Shown here: one piece after another, positions 31,356 through 41,505 of the stretch
How the letters are laid out: each line of letters starts with the position of its first letter
Position numbering within the stretch: position 1 is the stretch's first letter
Origin: a plasmid
Strand: one strand, 5' to 3'
Sequence record: NZ_CP026049.1
DNA length: 64,000 nucleotides
The notes under the pieces: model-generated
Database searches by the model: none
Told to the model about the DNA's origin: nothing
The model's input: only the letters and a program-made list of their open reading frames with translations
Position numbers and translations under genes: made by a program

Positions 31356-32105
31356 ATGAATAGCTAATGATTACCTAGTGGATAACTTCATTGCTCAATT
31401 GTGGTGCAAATGTTAGGTGTTTATCCCTGTAATGGGGCATGTCATGCTTACATTTTATCAACAATTGATTTCTTTGAGGATACTTTACAAAACTCCGCTC
31501 TGGTAAAACCAGCAGAGATAAAAATAACTGCTTTAAATTCAACTTTTTATGTTTTAGTGCGCAATCATGGCATGGCTAATGCAGGTTGTATATGCAGGAC
31601 TGTACATCAAATCTTTCTTACAGCTTATATTTTATGAGAAAAATCCAACAACCAAAGTAAAGGGGCGGTTATTACGATGAGTACCTTCAATAACAGAATT
31701 AAACATGATGGCTCTGACTTTGTGGTGGTTGATAACCAGAACCCGAGACTGCCGAGTACTTCAGGCGGAGGAAAAAATACATCACGATCGAAGATGATAC
31801 TACGTCATGCTTAATTAATATCTGAGAGTAGTTAATTTCTGAGGTATTCGAATCAATGATATGAGGTTTATCCCATGAGGAGTGGTGGCGTATGTCGTCA
31901 TAACACGTTTATCGTCAAGGTATCGGCACCCTAATTTATCGGGGCACTGCAAAAAAAACGGGTATTAAAGACTGAATCGCAGAAAGGCAGAAGTTTAAGT
32001 CTTCATGTTGATGACAGCAGGCGGCCTATAGCAGAACGAGTAAATGTTGCTAGCAGGCAGCGTACCGTTCAGATTATATGCTTGTAATTTTCGAAGGATT
32101 CATCT

Positions 32106-33512
32106 ATGAAACATTCCACTAGCACTGTAAAGCACACGGTTATAGAAAGACGGTCAATCGATTATGTACCTGATAATGAGCGCTTCGGCAGCGCTATGGG
32201 ACAGTTTACATTATGGCTAGGGGTTAACCTTAATATTACCGCTATTGTGACCGGCGCGTTGGCCGTTGTATTAGGCGGCGATGTTTTCTGGTCATTAATC
32301 GGTTTATTTATAGGTCAGATATTAGGCAGTATCATAATGGGGCTACAGGCCATACAAGGGCCAGCTACAGGACTGCCACAAATGATTCGAAGCCGTATGC
32401 AATTTGGTGTTTATGGCGCGGTCATCCCTCTTTTACTGGTAAGTTTTTTATATATAGGGTTCTCTGCTGGAGGCACATTGCTGGCAGGACAGGCCGTGGC
32501 AAAAATTTTGAATGCCGCAGAATGGCAGGGTATCGTTTTATTCGGTGTCATCACGATCTTGGTTGCCACCTTAGGCTACCGCGCCATACATTCTTTAGCA
32601 CGGATCGCGAGTGTGGTCGGCATCATTGCATTTATTTACATGTTCGTTGCATTATTAGCTGGCCATAATATTAGCAGTCTTCTAGAACAGAGAAAGTTTA
32701 TTCCCAACCAGTTTATCCTTTCCATTTCACTGGCGGCGGCCTGGCAAATTGCTTATGGCCCCTATGTCGGAGATTATTCACGTTACCTCCCTACGGATAC
32801 ATCAAAACTGAAAGTGTTCTTTGCCGCCGCCTCTGGAACAACACTGGGCTCTCAGGCAGCCATGACATTTGGTGTTTTTTCCGCCGCTATTGCCGGAGTG
32901 GCATTTACCGGACATGAAGTAGAATTCGTTGTAAATCTGGGGGCATCCGGTCTCGTCGCATCTTTGCTTTACTTTGTCGTAGGCTTCGGCAAAATAACCA
33001 TGATGACATTGAATGCGTATAGCAGTTATATGTCGAGTGCGACGCTTGTGAATGGTTTCAGAGGAAAAGCAACCGTCTCTGTCGGTCATCGATTTATTTA
33101 TGTATCAGCCATGATTTTGTTAGCTGTTTCCATTGCGTTATGGGGCTCGGGAAGCTTCATACACGCTTTTTCTTCTTTTTTATTATTTCTACTGACCTTT
33201 ATTTCTCCCTGGAGTGCAATTTGTCTGGCTGACTGGCAGTGGGGGCATCGTTCTAAATGCGATCTGCAGGCATTAAACGATCCACAAGGAATATATGGCC
33301 GCTGGAACTGGAGTGTAATTTCCATTTACTTCATTGGCTTATTAATGGAACTTCCTTTTGTTTCCAGCAGTATTTACACTGGTCCGATTGCAGGCTTGTT
33401 AGATGGCGCAGATATCTCTTGGTTAGTTGGCCTGATTGGCACCGGCATAGTGTATTACATTTACAGCAGAATATTGCCCCCCGCTTCTATGAAAATACAG
33501 GCTACTGATTAA
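32106..33512 (+). CDS. NCS1-family transporter (purine-cytosine/hydantoin permease-like), 468 aa
   Basis: It is a paralogue of the hut-embedded NCS1 permease (…[31 protein letters not shown]…). Confidence 0.85.
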   Translation: MKHSTSTVKHTVIERRSIDYVPDNERFGSAMGQFTLWLGVNLNITAIVTGALAVVLGGDVFWSLIGLFIGQILGSIIMGLQAIQGPATGLPQMIRSRMQFGVYGAVIPLLLVSFLYIGFSAGGTLLAGQAVAKILNAAEWQGIVLFGVITILVATLGYRAIHSLARIASVVGIIAFIYMFVALLAGHNISSLLEQRKFIPNQFILSISLAAAWQIAYGPYVGDYSRYLPTDTSKLKVFFAAASGTTLGSQAAMTFGVFSAAIAGVAFTGHEVEFVVNLGASGLVASLLYFVVGFGKITMMTLNAYSSYMSSATLVNGFRGKATVSVGHRFIYVSAMILLAVSIALWGSGSFIHAFSSFLLFLLTFISPWSAICLADWQWGHRSKCDLQALNDPQGIYGRWNWSVISIYFIGLLMELPFVSSSIYTGPIAGLLDGADISWLVGLIGTGIVYYIYSRILPPASMKIQATD

Positions 33513-33548
33513 CAGTAAAAATAATAATCCCAAATAAAGGATCCATAC

Positions 33549-35138
33549 ATGAAATATATTGTTGACCCATTTTCCGAAAAAACGTCGCTTAATACGCCAT
33601 ACAGTTTACTGCGTCATTATGCAGAAAAATGGCCTGATAAAGAAGCTCTGGTATTCGATGCTGGTAATCAACGAATGACCTTCAGAGGTTGGCTTGACAG
33701 TGTCGACAAGTTGGCGCTAGAGCTAAGTCGTCGTGGTGTAAAAGCGGGTGACCCGGTGGCTCTGTTGGCAGAAAATCGTATTGAGTGGCCAGTTGCCCAG
33801 ATTGCAATTTCGGCCTTAGGTGCGATACTGGTGCCTGTTAATACTCATTTCCGTGATAATGATCTACGCCACGTTCTCGATCACAGCCAAGTAGTTGCCA
33901 TCTTGCTGTCCGAACGTTTTCGCTCCAGCGAATATTTAGCCATGGTACGAGCGATTCATCCTCAACTCCCTAGCCTAAGAGACATTATTAACTTCGATGA
34001 TATGGAATATGAAGCGGTAATGCGCCAACCCGTTTTGGCTGAACTGACGGAGTGGGTATGGTCCCCCAGAGAGTTGGCTAGTATCCAATATACTTCTGGT
34101 ACTACTGGACGGCCTAAAGGCGCAGAACTCTGTATGGAAGGGATAATGATGAATGCCTGGGGCACCGTGCAGCGGCTGGAAGTGACGGAGATGGATCGCT
34201 GGACATCCATTATTCCGCTCTTCCACTGTGCAGGTTGCATCATGAATATTCTGGCATGCCTGACAGCTGGTGCGACATATTTGGGTATGCGTGCTTTCGA
34301 CGCCGGACAAATGCTTTCGCTGATAGAACGGGAGCGCTGTACAGTTCTGACGGGAGTCCCCACGTCCTACTTAGCGATGTTAGAGCATCCGGACAGACCA
34401 TATTTCGATCTCTCGTCTTTGCGTACCGGAACCTGCGGTGGTGCAGACTGCGATCCGAGACTTCTGGAACAGTGCGCGCGGGCGTTTCCTATTAATGGGT
34501 TGGTGCAGGTTTACGGGCAGACGGAAGCCAGCACACTGATAGCGTTAGATTACTGGCAAAGTCCCCAGCGCTTTGCCACCGCTGGCTTGCCCTTACCTGG
34601 AGTTGAAGTGCAGGTCTGCGATCCGAATACCGGAGTGGTACTCCCCCACGGGGAAATCGGCCAGCTACAGGTTCGTGGGCCAATGGTCATGTTGGGATAT
34701 CATCGAGATGCGGAGGAAACCGCTCGCTGCATCGATCCTCAAGGCTGGATGAATACGGGCGATCTCGGTCGGCTAAACATCGATGGTAGGGTCGAACTGG
34801 TAGGAGGACGCCTGCGCGATATGATCATTCGCGGTGGTGAAAATATCTATCCTGTAGAGATAGAAAATCTGCTGCGTGAGCATCCGTCGATCACTGAAGT
34901 TGCAGTCTTCGCTCTACCCGATAAATTTTACGGCGAAGTGGTAGCCGCCGCTATTGAGTCCACCAAGCCGTTATCCAAAGATGAAATAAGAAAAGCCTGT
35001 GTTGGTAAAATAGCTGGTTTTAAACATCCTGCTCGGGTCTTTACCATCGTAGAATGGCCGATGACGTCAAGCGGGAAGATCCTCAAGCGCATGTTGAAAA
35101 CCGCAGCCCTTGATGGGCAACTGAAGGAGCTTTTATGA
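33549..35138 (+). CDS. AMP-dependent acyl-CoA synthetase/ligase (529 aa)
   Basis: The AMP-binding box IQYTSGTTGRPKG and C-terminal …GDLGRL…GRLRDMIIRGGENIYP… are present. Confidence 0.9.
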   Translation: MKYIVDPFSEKTSLNTPYSLLRHYAEKWPDKEALVFDAGNQRMTFRGWLDSVDKLALELSRRGVKAGDPVALLAENRIEWPVAQIAISALGAILVPVNTHFRDNDLRHVLDHSQVVAILLSERFRSSEYLAMVRAIHPQLPSLRDIINFDDMEYEAVMRQPVLAELTEWVWSPRELASIQYTSGTTGRPKGAELCMEGIMMNAWGTVQRLEVTEMDRWTSIIPLFHCAGCIMNILACLTAGATYLGMRAFDAGQMLSLIERERCTVLTGVPTSYLAMLEHPDRPYFDLSSLRTGTCGGADCDPRLLEQCARAFPINGLVQVYGQTEASTLIALDYWQSPQRFATAGLPLPGVEVQVCDPNTGVVLPHGEIGQLQVRGPMVMLGYHRDAEETARCIDPQGWMNTGDLGRLNIDGRVELVGGRLRDMIIRGGENIYPVEIENLLREHPSITEVAVFALPDKFYGEVVAAAIESTKPLSKDEIRKACVGKIAGFKHPARVFTIVEWPMTSSGKILKRMLKTAALDGQLKELL

Positions 35139-36127
35139 AAATGAGTGTGACAGGCTATCCACATACATGCGTCTTCACCCCTGGGCCGCACCAAACAGCA
35201 GCTGCAATTGGCAACACGGGTGTGAAAGTGGTGTCGACACCAGCGTTGATCGCTCTATTGGAGGAGACCAGTGCCGATGCTGTAGCAAAAGACTTACCGT
35301 CCGGCTGGGTGAGCGTGGGAACCCATGTCGACGTACATCATCATAAACCCGCCTGGCCTTATCAGGAGGTTCGCTGTACGGCGACGTTAATTAGCGCAGA
35401 CGAGAAAAGGTTGCAGTTTTTCGTACAGGCGCATCAAGCGGGAGCATTGATCATGAGCGGTAAGCATGAACGTGCTCTAGCGCCACTCAGCCGTTTTGAA
35501 CGTGCTGATGGTAAACTGCCAGAGGGAGCTCCGCTGGAGTTTTTCTTTGATTTTCACAGCCCTTGGTGCTACCTCGCCTTCCCCCGTCTAAGAGAAATTG
35601 CCGCTGCGTACGGAAGAATGATAGTACTACGTCCCTTCCATCTGGCTAATTTGATTGACCGCATAGGTGGTCGTAGACCGTTGGATGCCTCGCCAGCGTT
35701 TGTCAACTGGTTCAAACAAGATATGCAGGACTGGGCGCGCATTCGCCGGCTGCCACTAAGTTATCATCCTAAGTTCCCGTTGCGGCCTTCACGTGCGCTG
35801 CGAGCTACCCTGTATGCAGTTGAAGAGGGGCTGGGAGAAGCATTCGCCTTCAAGGTGATGCAGGCGTATTGGTCACAAAGTCTGGATATTAGCGATGTTG
35901 CCATCTTAGGCGACTTAGCAACTTCAGTAGGGCTAGATAAAAATGCGTGCATCTCCTCCATCGGCGATGAAGCCCGGAAGCTAGCCATAGTCTCGAACAC
36001 AGATGAAGCTATTGCTCGCGGGGTATTTGGTGCACCAGCAGTGTTTGCCGATGGCAAACTGTTCTGGGGAAATGACCGCCTTGATATGATGGACACTTGG
36101 CTGGCATCTGCGGGAGAGCGCTGCTGA
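35135..36127 (+). CDS. hotdog-fold thioesterase fused to a DsbA-like 2-hydroxychromene-2-carboxylate (HCCA) isomerase-family domain (330 aa)
   Basis: The N-terminal ~120 aa resemble FlK/4HBT-type thioesterases. The C-terminal ~200 aa carry FHSPWCY…, the kappa-GST/HCCA-isomerase motif. The ATG overlaps the ligase stop (ATGA), giving translational coupling. Confidence 0.8.
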   Translation: MKMSVTGYPHTCVFTPGPHQTAAAIGNTGVKVVSTPALIALLEETSADAVAKDLPSGWVSVGTHVDVHHHKPAWPYQEVRCTATLISADEKRLQFFVQAHQAGALIMSGKHERALAPLSRFERADGKLPEGAPLEFFFDFHSPWCYLAFPRLREIAAAYGRMIVLRPFHLANLIDRIGGRRPLDASPAFVNWFKQDMQDWARIRRLPLSYHPKFPLRPSRALRATLYAVEEGLGEAFAFKVMQAYWSQSLDISDVAILGDLATSVGLDKNACISSIGDEARKLAIVSNTDEAIARGVFGAPAVFADGKLFWGNDRLDMMDTWLASAGERC

Positions 36128-36698
36128 GCCACCGACGGAGAGAAGTAGGCTAACGCTTCCTTCTCCCCACTATAGACTCAGACCAGCATAAAAGATGGGA
36201 ATTCCTATGTTATACCCGAAAAGGAGATAAGGTCGGTAAACCACCCTGCTGTCAAACTCCGTTAGGTCAAACCATTTGCCGAAAATACTACCGCAGTAAT
36301 AATTGTGGTAAATGCCGACCTAGGCAGCAGGTGTGGTGGTCGTGTTGCCCATAAAAAACCTCTGTGGTCAATGTCGTCTGGGGTCCGGCTTAAACTGTGC
36401 CGACACAAGTAACGGGAGCACAACGGAGGATGCAAGGGCGTCACCGAAGCTGCTGCAGGGTAAACAGCAGGAGGAGGCTGGGCGGTTTGACGGCGAAAAA
36501 TGAACCTGAAAACGATGGGAAGATGGCGGTTAGCGCCTTTGAAATAAACTGTGGCCGGGTTAAGTTGACAGCGTTTATGCTCCCCTTGCATCAGTCGTGG
36601 CCCGTCTATAGTAGCGGCACGTCGGTCAACGTTAAACGGGATGAATGTGGCGCGTAGCAACATCGTTGTTATTGCGTCGTTGACATTCACAAAATCCT

Positions 36699-37103
36699 GG
36701 GTAGTGCTACCAACTTATTGATTTTGTGTTAGATGGTGTTTTTGAGGTGTTTTATGGCTTCCATTTACGTGGGATCGCCATCTTGTGCTGTGACTGAAGG
36801 CGTAGACCGTAACGGCAAAAGTACTGCCGGTCATCAGCATTATCTCTGCAGGCAGTGCCGTAAGCCATGGATACTCACTTTCACCTATACAACCTTACAG
36901 TGCAGTACACAACAGAGGAAAATCATCGATATTACTATAAATGGCTCTGGATGCCGTGCCAGTCCACACATTATCGGCATTGGTCTGAACACCATTTCCC
37001 GTCGTTTAAAAAACTCAGTCCCCAGTCAGTAACCTCGCGGATAAAGGCGGGCTGGGGTGTTATTGTCTGCGTAAAAAGGGAAGAGCAGAGGGGCTACGTC
37101 GGG
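36699..37103 (+). mobile_element. divergent IS1-family element, left part only (insA-like 36754-37032)
   Basis: An IRL-like gggtagtgctaccaacttattgatt is at 36699. InsA-like [39 protein letters not shown]… is ~55% like IS1 InsA. The element is cut by the IS2-like insertion. Confidence 0.7.
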
Positions 37104-38336
37104 TGGGTTGGCTCCTATATTTCCATACACTTTTTATCACTTAACCCATTACTGGTTTGCCGCATCAGGTATTCCCGTGGCGAACGATACCACGGTGCAC
37201 TATGCGGATGCCATTCGTTATAATGCTCGAAGGATTCTGCAAGGTTCTCTACCGCTGTTAACCCATCGGGTTTCGGCATGATACTGATGTAGTCGCGTTT
37301 CATCGTTTTCACGAAGCTCTCTGCCATCCCGTTGCTTTCGGGCTACGTAACGCCGTATGTCCAGGCTCTAGTCCTACCATTCTGGCGAACTGACGCGTCA
37401 GGTGAGACCGGTAGGCCGAACCGTTATTCGTCAGCCACTCAACGGGGGATGACGGCAGGCTGCTGCCGAAGCGTCGTTCCACCGCACCCAGCATCACGCC
37501 CTGTACGGTTTCGCTGTCATATCCACCATTACTTTCCACCCTGTACAGTGCTTCACGATCGCAGCAGTCCAGGGCGAACGTGACCTGTAGTTTTTCGCCA
37601 TTATCACAGCTGAACCCGAAGCCGTCAGAGCACCACCGCTGGTTACTTTCTCCAACGGCCTCTTTCCCTGTATGCGCCTGCTTCGATGGCGATATTGCCG
37701 GTTTACGCTCAAGCAGCAGCGCATTCTGACGCATGATGAGGTATTTTGGCATAGATCACCGCCATGTCGTCAGTTTCTGATTGTCTGCGTAGCAGTGCCC
37801 ATACCCCACGATAACCATAGGTGGGCAGAGCGCCTATAACAGTATGGATATGGGGCATGGCATGCAGTTGCGCACGTGAGATCCGGAGGCAACGACTGAC
37901 GAGGCTTATTCGCCATCCTCCGGCAACAAGGGCACGTGCAGTATCCACTTTTTTGTCGGCCATATTCAACGGCTTCTTTCAGCAGCTTGTTTCCCATTGT
38001 CATCTTGCCCAGCAGGCGCTCCAGTTCTTTAATTTGCTTCATCGCAGAGTCTAGCTCCGACGCGGGCATAACCTGTTGACCAGCGGCATCGGCGGTGAGG
38101 CTGCCTTCCTGATACTGCTTGCGCCACAGGAAGAGCTGACTAGCAGCGACACCGGCATGCCTGGATCAAAGCTCTGCTGAACAATGGCGATTTTTTCCTG
38201 AACGCTGCGCCGTCTGCCCTTGTCTGGTCCTAAAACATCAATTATCCGGATTCCAGCGACTAGACTAAAAATGAGTATTAATACTATCAATAACTTAAGT
38301 GATACCAACTGTCTGAAGATTCCAGGGGCCAGTCTA
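37104..38336 (-). mobile_element. IS2-like (IS3 family) element, degenerate (frameshifted orfA/orfB, ~1.24 kb)
   Basis: The ends resemble the IS2 IRR (tgggttggctcctatatttcca…cacttaacccattac at 37104-) and IRL (rc of ggggccagtcta at 38325-38336). OrfA pieces (…[12 protein letters not shown]…LKEAVEYG…) and OrfB pieces are in several frames. Confidence 0.75.
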
Positions 38337-38366
38337 TTCATGTACGAGAATCCGGTTAAGCCATAA

Positions 38367-39332
38367 TCAACTCCGATTGACTTCTGAATTATTACTCACG
38401 TAGCCGCCATGATTGTGCTGATGGTAATGTAACGTAAACATAACCCCACCAATTAACAGCGTAATGGCGGCACTTTCCTGTAGATCCGGAATGCGCTGTG
38501 AATAGATAAAACCATATAGCAGCGCGAAAAGGGTTTCAAAAACCACCATCTGCCCTGTCAGTGATACCGGAAGACGCCGGGAACAGAGATTCCACGCCAG
38601 ATATCCCAGCCATGAGGAGACCACGGCTAACATCATGTTCGTTATCCAAAAGAGCGTTTGAGTGTTTTCCGGTAACGACAAGTCAACTGCAGAAAACCTG
38701 AATATACTGGCGATGAGCCATAGCAGTACCGAAATACATCCCGTACACAGGCCTATCAGGAGAGACCACTGGTTACTGTTGTAAGGGAGTTTTTTCAGAC
38801 AGCGGGAGTTCTCGACAGCGTAACGGCTCCAGCACAGTAATGCAGCGAAGGCACAAAGGATCCCTAGTATCTGCCGTTTTCCTTCTGTAACTTGGTGCGA
38901 GGATGTTTGTATCGCATGCAGATTAATCAGCACCACACCAGCAATGATAGCCGTCATCGGCAGCAATAATTGCCTGAAGGGCGGAGCATGCTGGTCCCTG
39001 CGACCAAGCACCGGAACCATCACAGGAATTAAACCTATCACTAAGGATGTCGCGGCAATACCGACCTGCTGTACGGCCACCGCGACGAGCAGAAAATAGA
39101 GGACATTGCTCATCAGCGAAAGACGGATTAGCGTCAGCAGATCGCGATGATGCCATACACGGGCAATGTTGCGCCATTGAGGTATAAGTAATATTGCCGC
39201 CAGTATCCCATAGGTAGCAAAGCGACCGCAGGTTAACAGCAGTGGTGAGATCTCGGGTAGCAGTACCGGTGGCAGGAAGATGAATCCCCAGCATGCGCCA
39301 GCGAGTACGCCAAATGTAATCCCTTGCTTCAT
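38367..39332 (-). CDS. EamA/DMT-superfamily transporter (321 aa)
   Basis: It is a 10-TM protein with two EamA-like halves. Confidence 0.8.
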   Translation of the reverse strand: MKQGITFGVLAGACWGFIFLPPVLLPEISPLLLTCGRFATYGILAAILLIPQWRNIARVWHHRDLLTLIRLSLMSNVLYFLLVAVAVQQVGIAATSLVIGLIPVMVPVLGRRDQHAPPFRQLLLPMTAIIAGVVLINLHAIQTSSHQVTEGKRQILGILCAFAALLCWSRYAVENSRCLKKLPYNSNQWSLLIGLCTGCISVLLWLIASIFRFSAVDLSLPENTQTLFWITNMMLAVVSSWLGYLAWNLCSRRLPVSLTGQMVVFETLFALLYGFIYSQRIPDLQESAAITLLIGGVMFTLHYHQHNHGGYVSNNSEVNRS

Positions 39333-40147
39333 GCTGACTCCTGCAATGCCGTTTCAGGTAATCTAGCCCCCGACTGGCGCTCACTCCACGACGACAAAAA
39401 ATACTGCAGCCGCGGGCTTTTCGGCTGATGGAACAGTTGCGCCGGTGCTCCCTGCTCTTCAATGCAGCCATCGGCAAGAAACAGCACCCGATCGGAGACT
39501 TTAGCGGCAAACCCCATCTCATGGGTCACAATCATCATGGTCATACCATCATCGGCAAGATTGCGGATGACCTTTAGTACCTCCCCGACCAGCTCCGGAT
39601 CAAGCGCTGAAGTCGGTTCATCGAACAGCATAATGGCGGGTTTCATGGTCAATGCCCGGGCGATGGCAACGCGCTGCTGCTGACCACCGGATAACATCGC
39701 GGGCCAGCTATCGGCTTTGTCTGCCAGACCAACCCGTGCCAGTTGCGTTTTCGCTTCGGCGTAGGCTGCTTCACGGGAGACCTTTTTAACCCGCCGCAAC
39801 GGCGTGGCTACGTTATCGAGTACCGTCATATGCGGCCACAGATTAAACTGCTGAAAGACCATACAGACGTCGCGTAAAGCCTGACGGTTTTCCTTGTCGC
39901 TTAAACGCCGGCGTTTTTCCCCGCCGAGAGGTTCATAGCCGACGTTCTCGCCATTCACCACAATGCTGCCGGAGCTATAATCTTCCAAAAAGTTAATACA
40001 GCGTAACAGCGTGGATTTACCCGACCCTGAGCCACCAATCACGCAGATGACTTCTCCGGGAGAAATGCTGACATCGATGCCACGTAGAACATGGTTTTCG
40101 CCATAATGTTTATTGAGGTTGTTAATCTCAATAGCATAATCACGCAT
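39329..40147 (-). CDS. polar amino-acid ABC transporter ATP-binding protein (272 aa)
   Basis: Walker [10 protein letters not shown], signature [15 protein letters not shown] and Walker [12 protein letters not shown] are present. Confidence 0.9.
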   Translation of the reverse strand: MRDYAIEINNLNKHYGENHVLRGIDVSISPGEVICVIGGSGSGKSTLLRCINFLEDYSSGSIVVNGENVGYEPLGGEKRRRLSDKENRQALRDVCMVFQQFNLWPHMTVLDNVATPLRRVKKVSREAAYAEAKTQLARVGLADKADSWPAMLSGGQQQRVAIARALTMKPAIMLFDEPTSALDPELVGEVLKVIRNLADDGMTMMIVTHEMGFAAKVSDRVLFLADGCIEEQGAPAQLFHQPKSPRLQYFLSSWSERQSGARLPETALQESA

Positions 40148-40151
40148 AGTA

Positions 40152-40814
40152 TTAACCTCGGCTTAATTGAGAATAAGAATAATGGCGCTCTATTTTATTA
40201 CCCAGACGGGAGATACCGATCGCGATCCCCCAATAAACAATGGCCATTAAGGCGTAGATTTCAACCATCGCATAAGTCTGGTTAGCAATGGTCATGGCGG
40301 TATTGGTGAGTTCACCGACCGTAATAATGGATAGCACCGACGACTCTTTTACCAAAATGACGCTCTGGCCAATCAATGGCTGGATAATACGCGCGAGCAT
40401 TTGCGGCCAGACAATGAAAGTAAATATTTGCCATGGACTTAACCCCAGGTCTGCCGCCGCTTCAACTTGCCCACCTGAGACAGCATTGCGACCTGCACGA
40501 AATATTTCCGCAAAATAAGCGGAACCATAACATCCCAGGCACAGTACCCCGACCTGTTGCGCCTCGAGATTAATACCAATATAGGGACCACCATAAAAGA
40601 CTAAAAAGAGCTGCACAAGTAACGGCGTGCCGCGAAACACATTAATCCATGCATGATATATTACATTAAATAAAGCCGGTTTTTGTCTTTCGAGAATAAA
40701 AAAACACAGCCCGATCGCCAGCCCCAGCAGGATACCGCCGAGACTCATTTTTAGGGTCATTAAAATACCGGCAGCAATGGCATCTTTATAGGTAAAAAGT
40801 ATTTCAACATTCAT
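40152..40814 (-). CDS. ABC transporter permease (His/Glu/Gln/Arg/opine family)
   Basis: It has TM helices and the EAA-like motif of polar amino-acid permeases. The start was set to MNVEILF (40814), which overlaps the upstream permease stop. Confidence 0.8.
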   Translation of the reverse strand: MNVEILFTYKDAIAAGILMTLKMSLGGILLGLAIGLCFFILERQKPALFNVIYHAWINVFRGTPLLVQLFLVFYGGPYIGINLEAQQVGVLCLGCYGSAYFAEIFRAGRNAVSGGQVEAAADLGLSPWQIFTFIVWPQMLARIIQPLIGQSVILVKESSVLSIITVGELTNTAMTIANQTYAMVEIYALMAIVYWGIAIGISRLGNKIERHYSYSQLSRG

Positions 40815-41482
40815 TGTGCTAATACCCTTTGAGCCGAAGATGAACGGTTTTTCTCTAACCTGGCGCCAACAATACTCAGCCCCCACGAGGTCAGAAAATA
40901 AAGGAGACCGCATGCCGTATAAAACTCCAGCGGCCGATAGGTGGTGGAGGCCAGCGTTTGAGTCACTCTCATCAACTCATGGACCGCCACCACCGAGACC
41001 AATGCCGAATTTTTGATAATATCGATGGTTTCATTAATCAAAGCCGGCATCATGGCGCGCAACACCTGCGGCATCTGAATATAAAACAGCGTTTGCGCTG
41101 CTGAAAAACCAAAATCTCGTGCCGCCTCCAGTTGCCCTTTTGGCAACATTTTAAAGCCAGCCCGAAGAATTTCTCCTTGAAAGGCAGCGGTATTTAATGA
41201 GAGAGCCATAACCGCCGCCAGCAATGGTGAAAGCGTGATCCCTACGGCTGGCAAAGCATAAAATATTAATATCAACTGGACCAGTAACGGCGTTCCACGA
41301 TAAAAACTGACATAGGTTTTGCAAAAACAACGCACGAGACGCCGCGGAGAGTTTAACCCCAGGCAAATTAACCAACCAAGGATCAATCCTATGACAATCG
41401 CGCTCAGCGATACAGCCAGAGTACTGAGCACGCCAATTAATAGCTGAGGGAAATAGGGAAACACCACTGAAATATCAAACAT
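40811..41482 (-). CDS. ABC transporter permease (second membrane component)
   Basis: The gene is 223 aa, a paralogous permease. Confidence 0.85.
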   Translation of the reverse strand: MFDISVVFPYFPQLLIGVLSTLAVSLSAIVIGLILGWLICLGLNSPRRLVRCFCKTYVSFYRGTPLLVQLILIFYALPAVGITLSPLLAAVMALSLNTAAFQGEILRAGFKMLPKGQLEAARDFGFSAAQTLFYIQMPQVLRAMMPALINETIDIIKNSALVSVVAVHELMRVTQTLASTTYRPLEFYTACGLLYFLTSWGLSIVGARLEKNRSSSAQRVLAQ

Positions 41483-41505
41483 ATTGCCCTCCAGTATCCA
41501 TCAAA

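Noticed and set aside
36262-36690. 142-aa minus-strand ORF in the 570-bp gap between the thioesterase fusion gene and the IS1-like element
   Set aside because: It has no RBS or recognisable domain, and its codon composition looks non-coding. The gap is more likely decayed sequence. It is kept only as a note.
38923-39522. 199-aa minus-strand ORF spanning the EamA / ABC-ATPase boundary
   Set aside because: It is out of frame with both real genes and has a Cys/Arg-rich nonsense translation.
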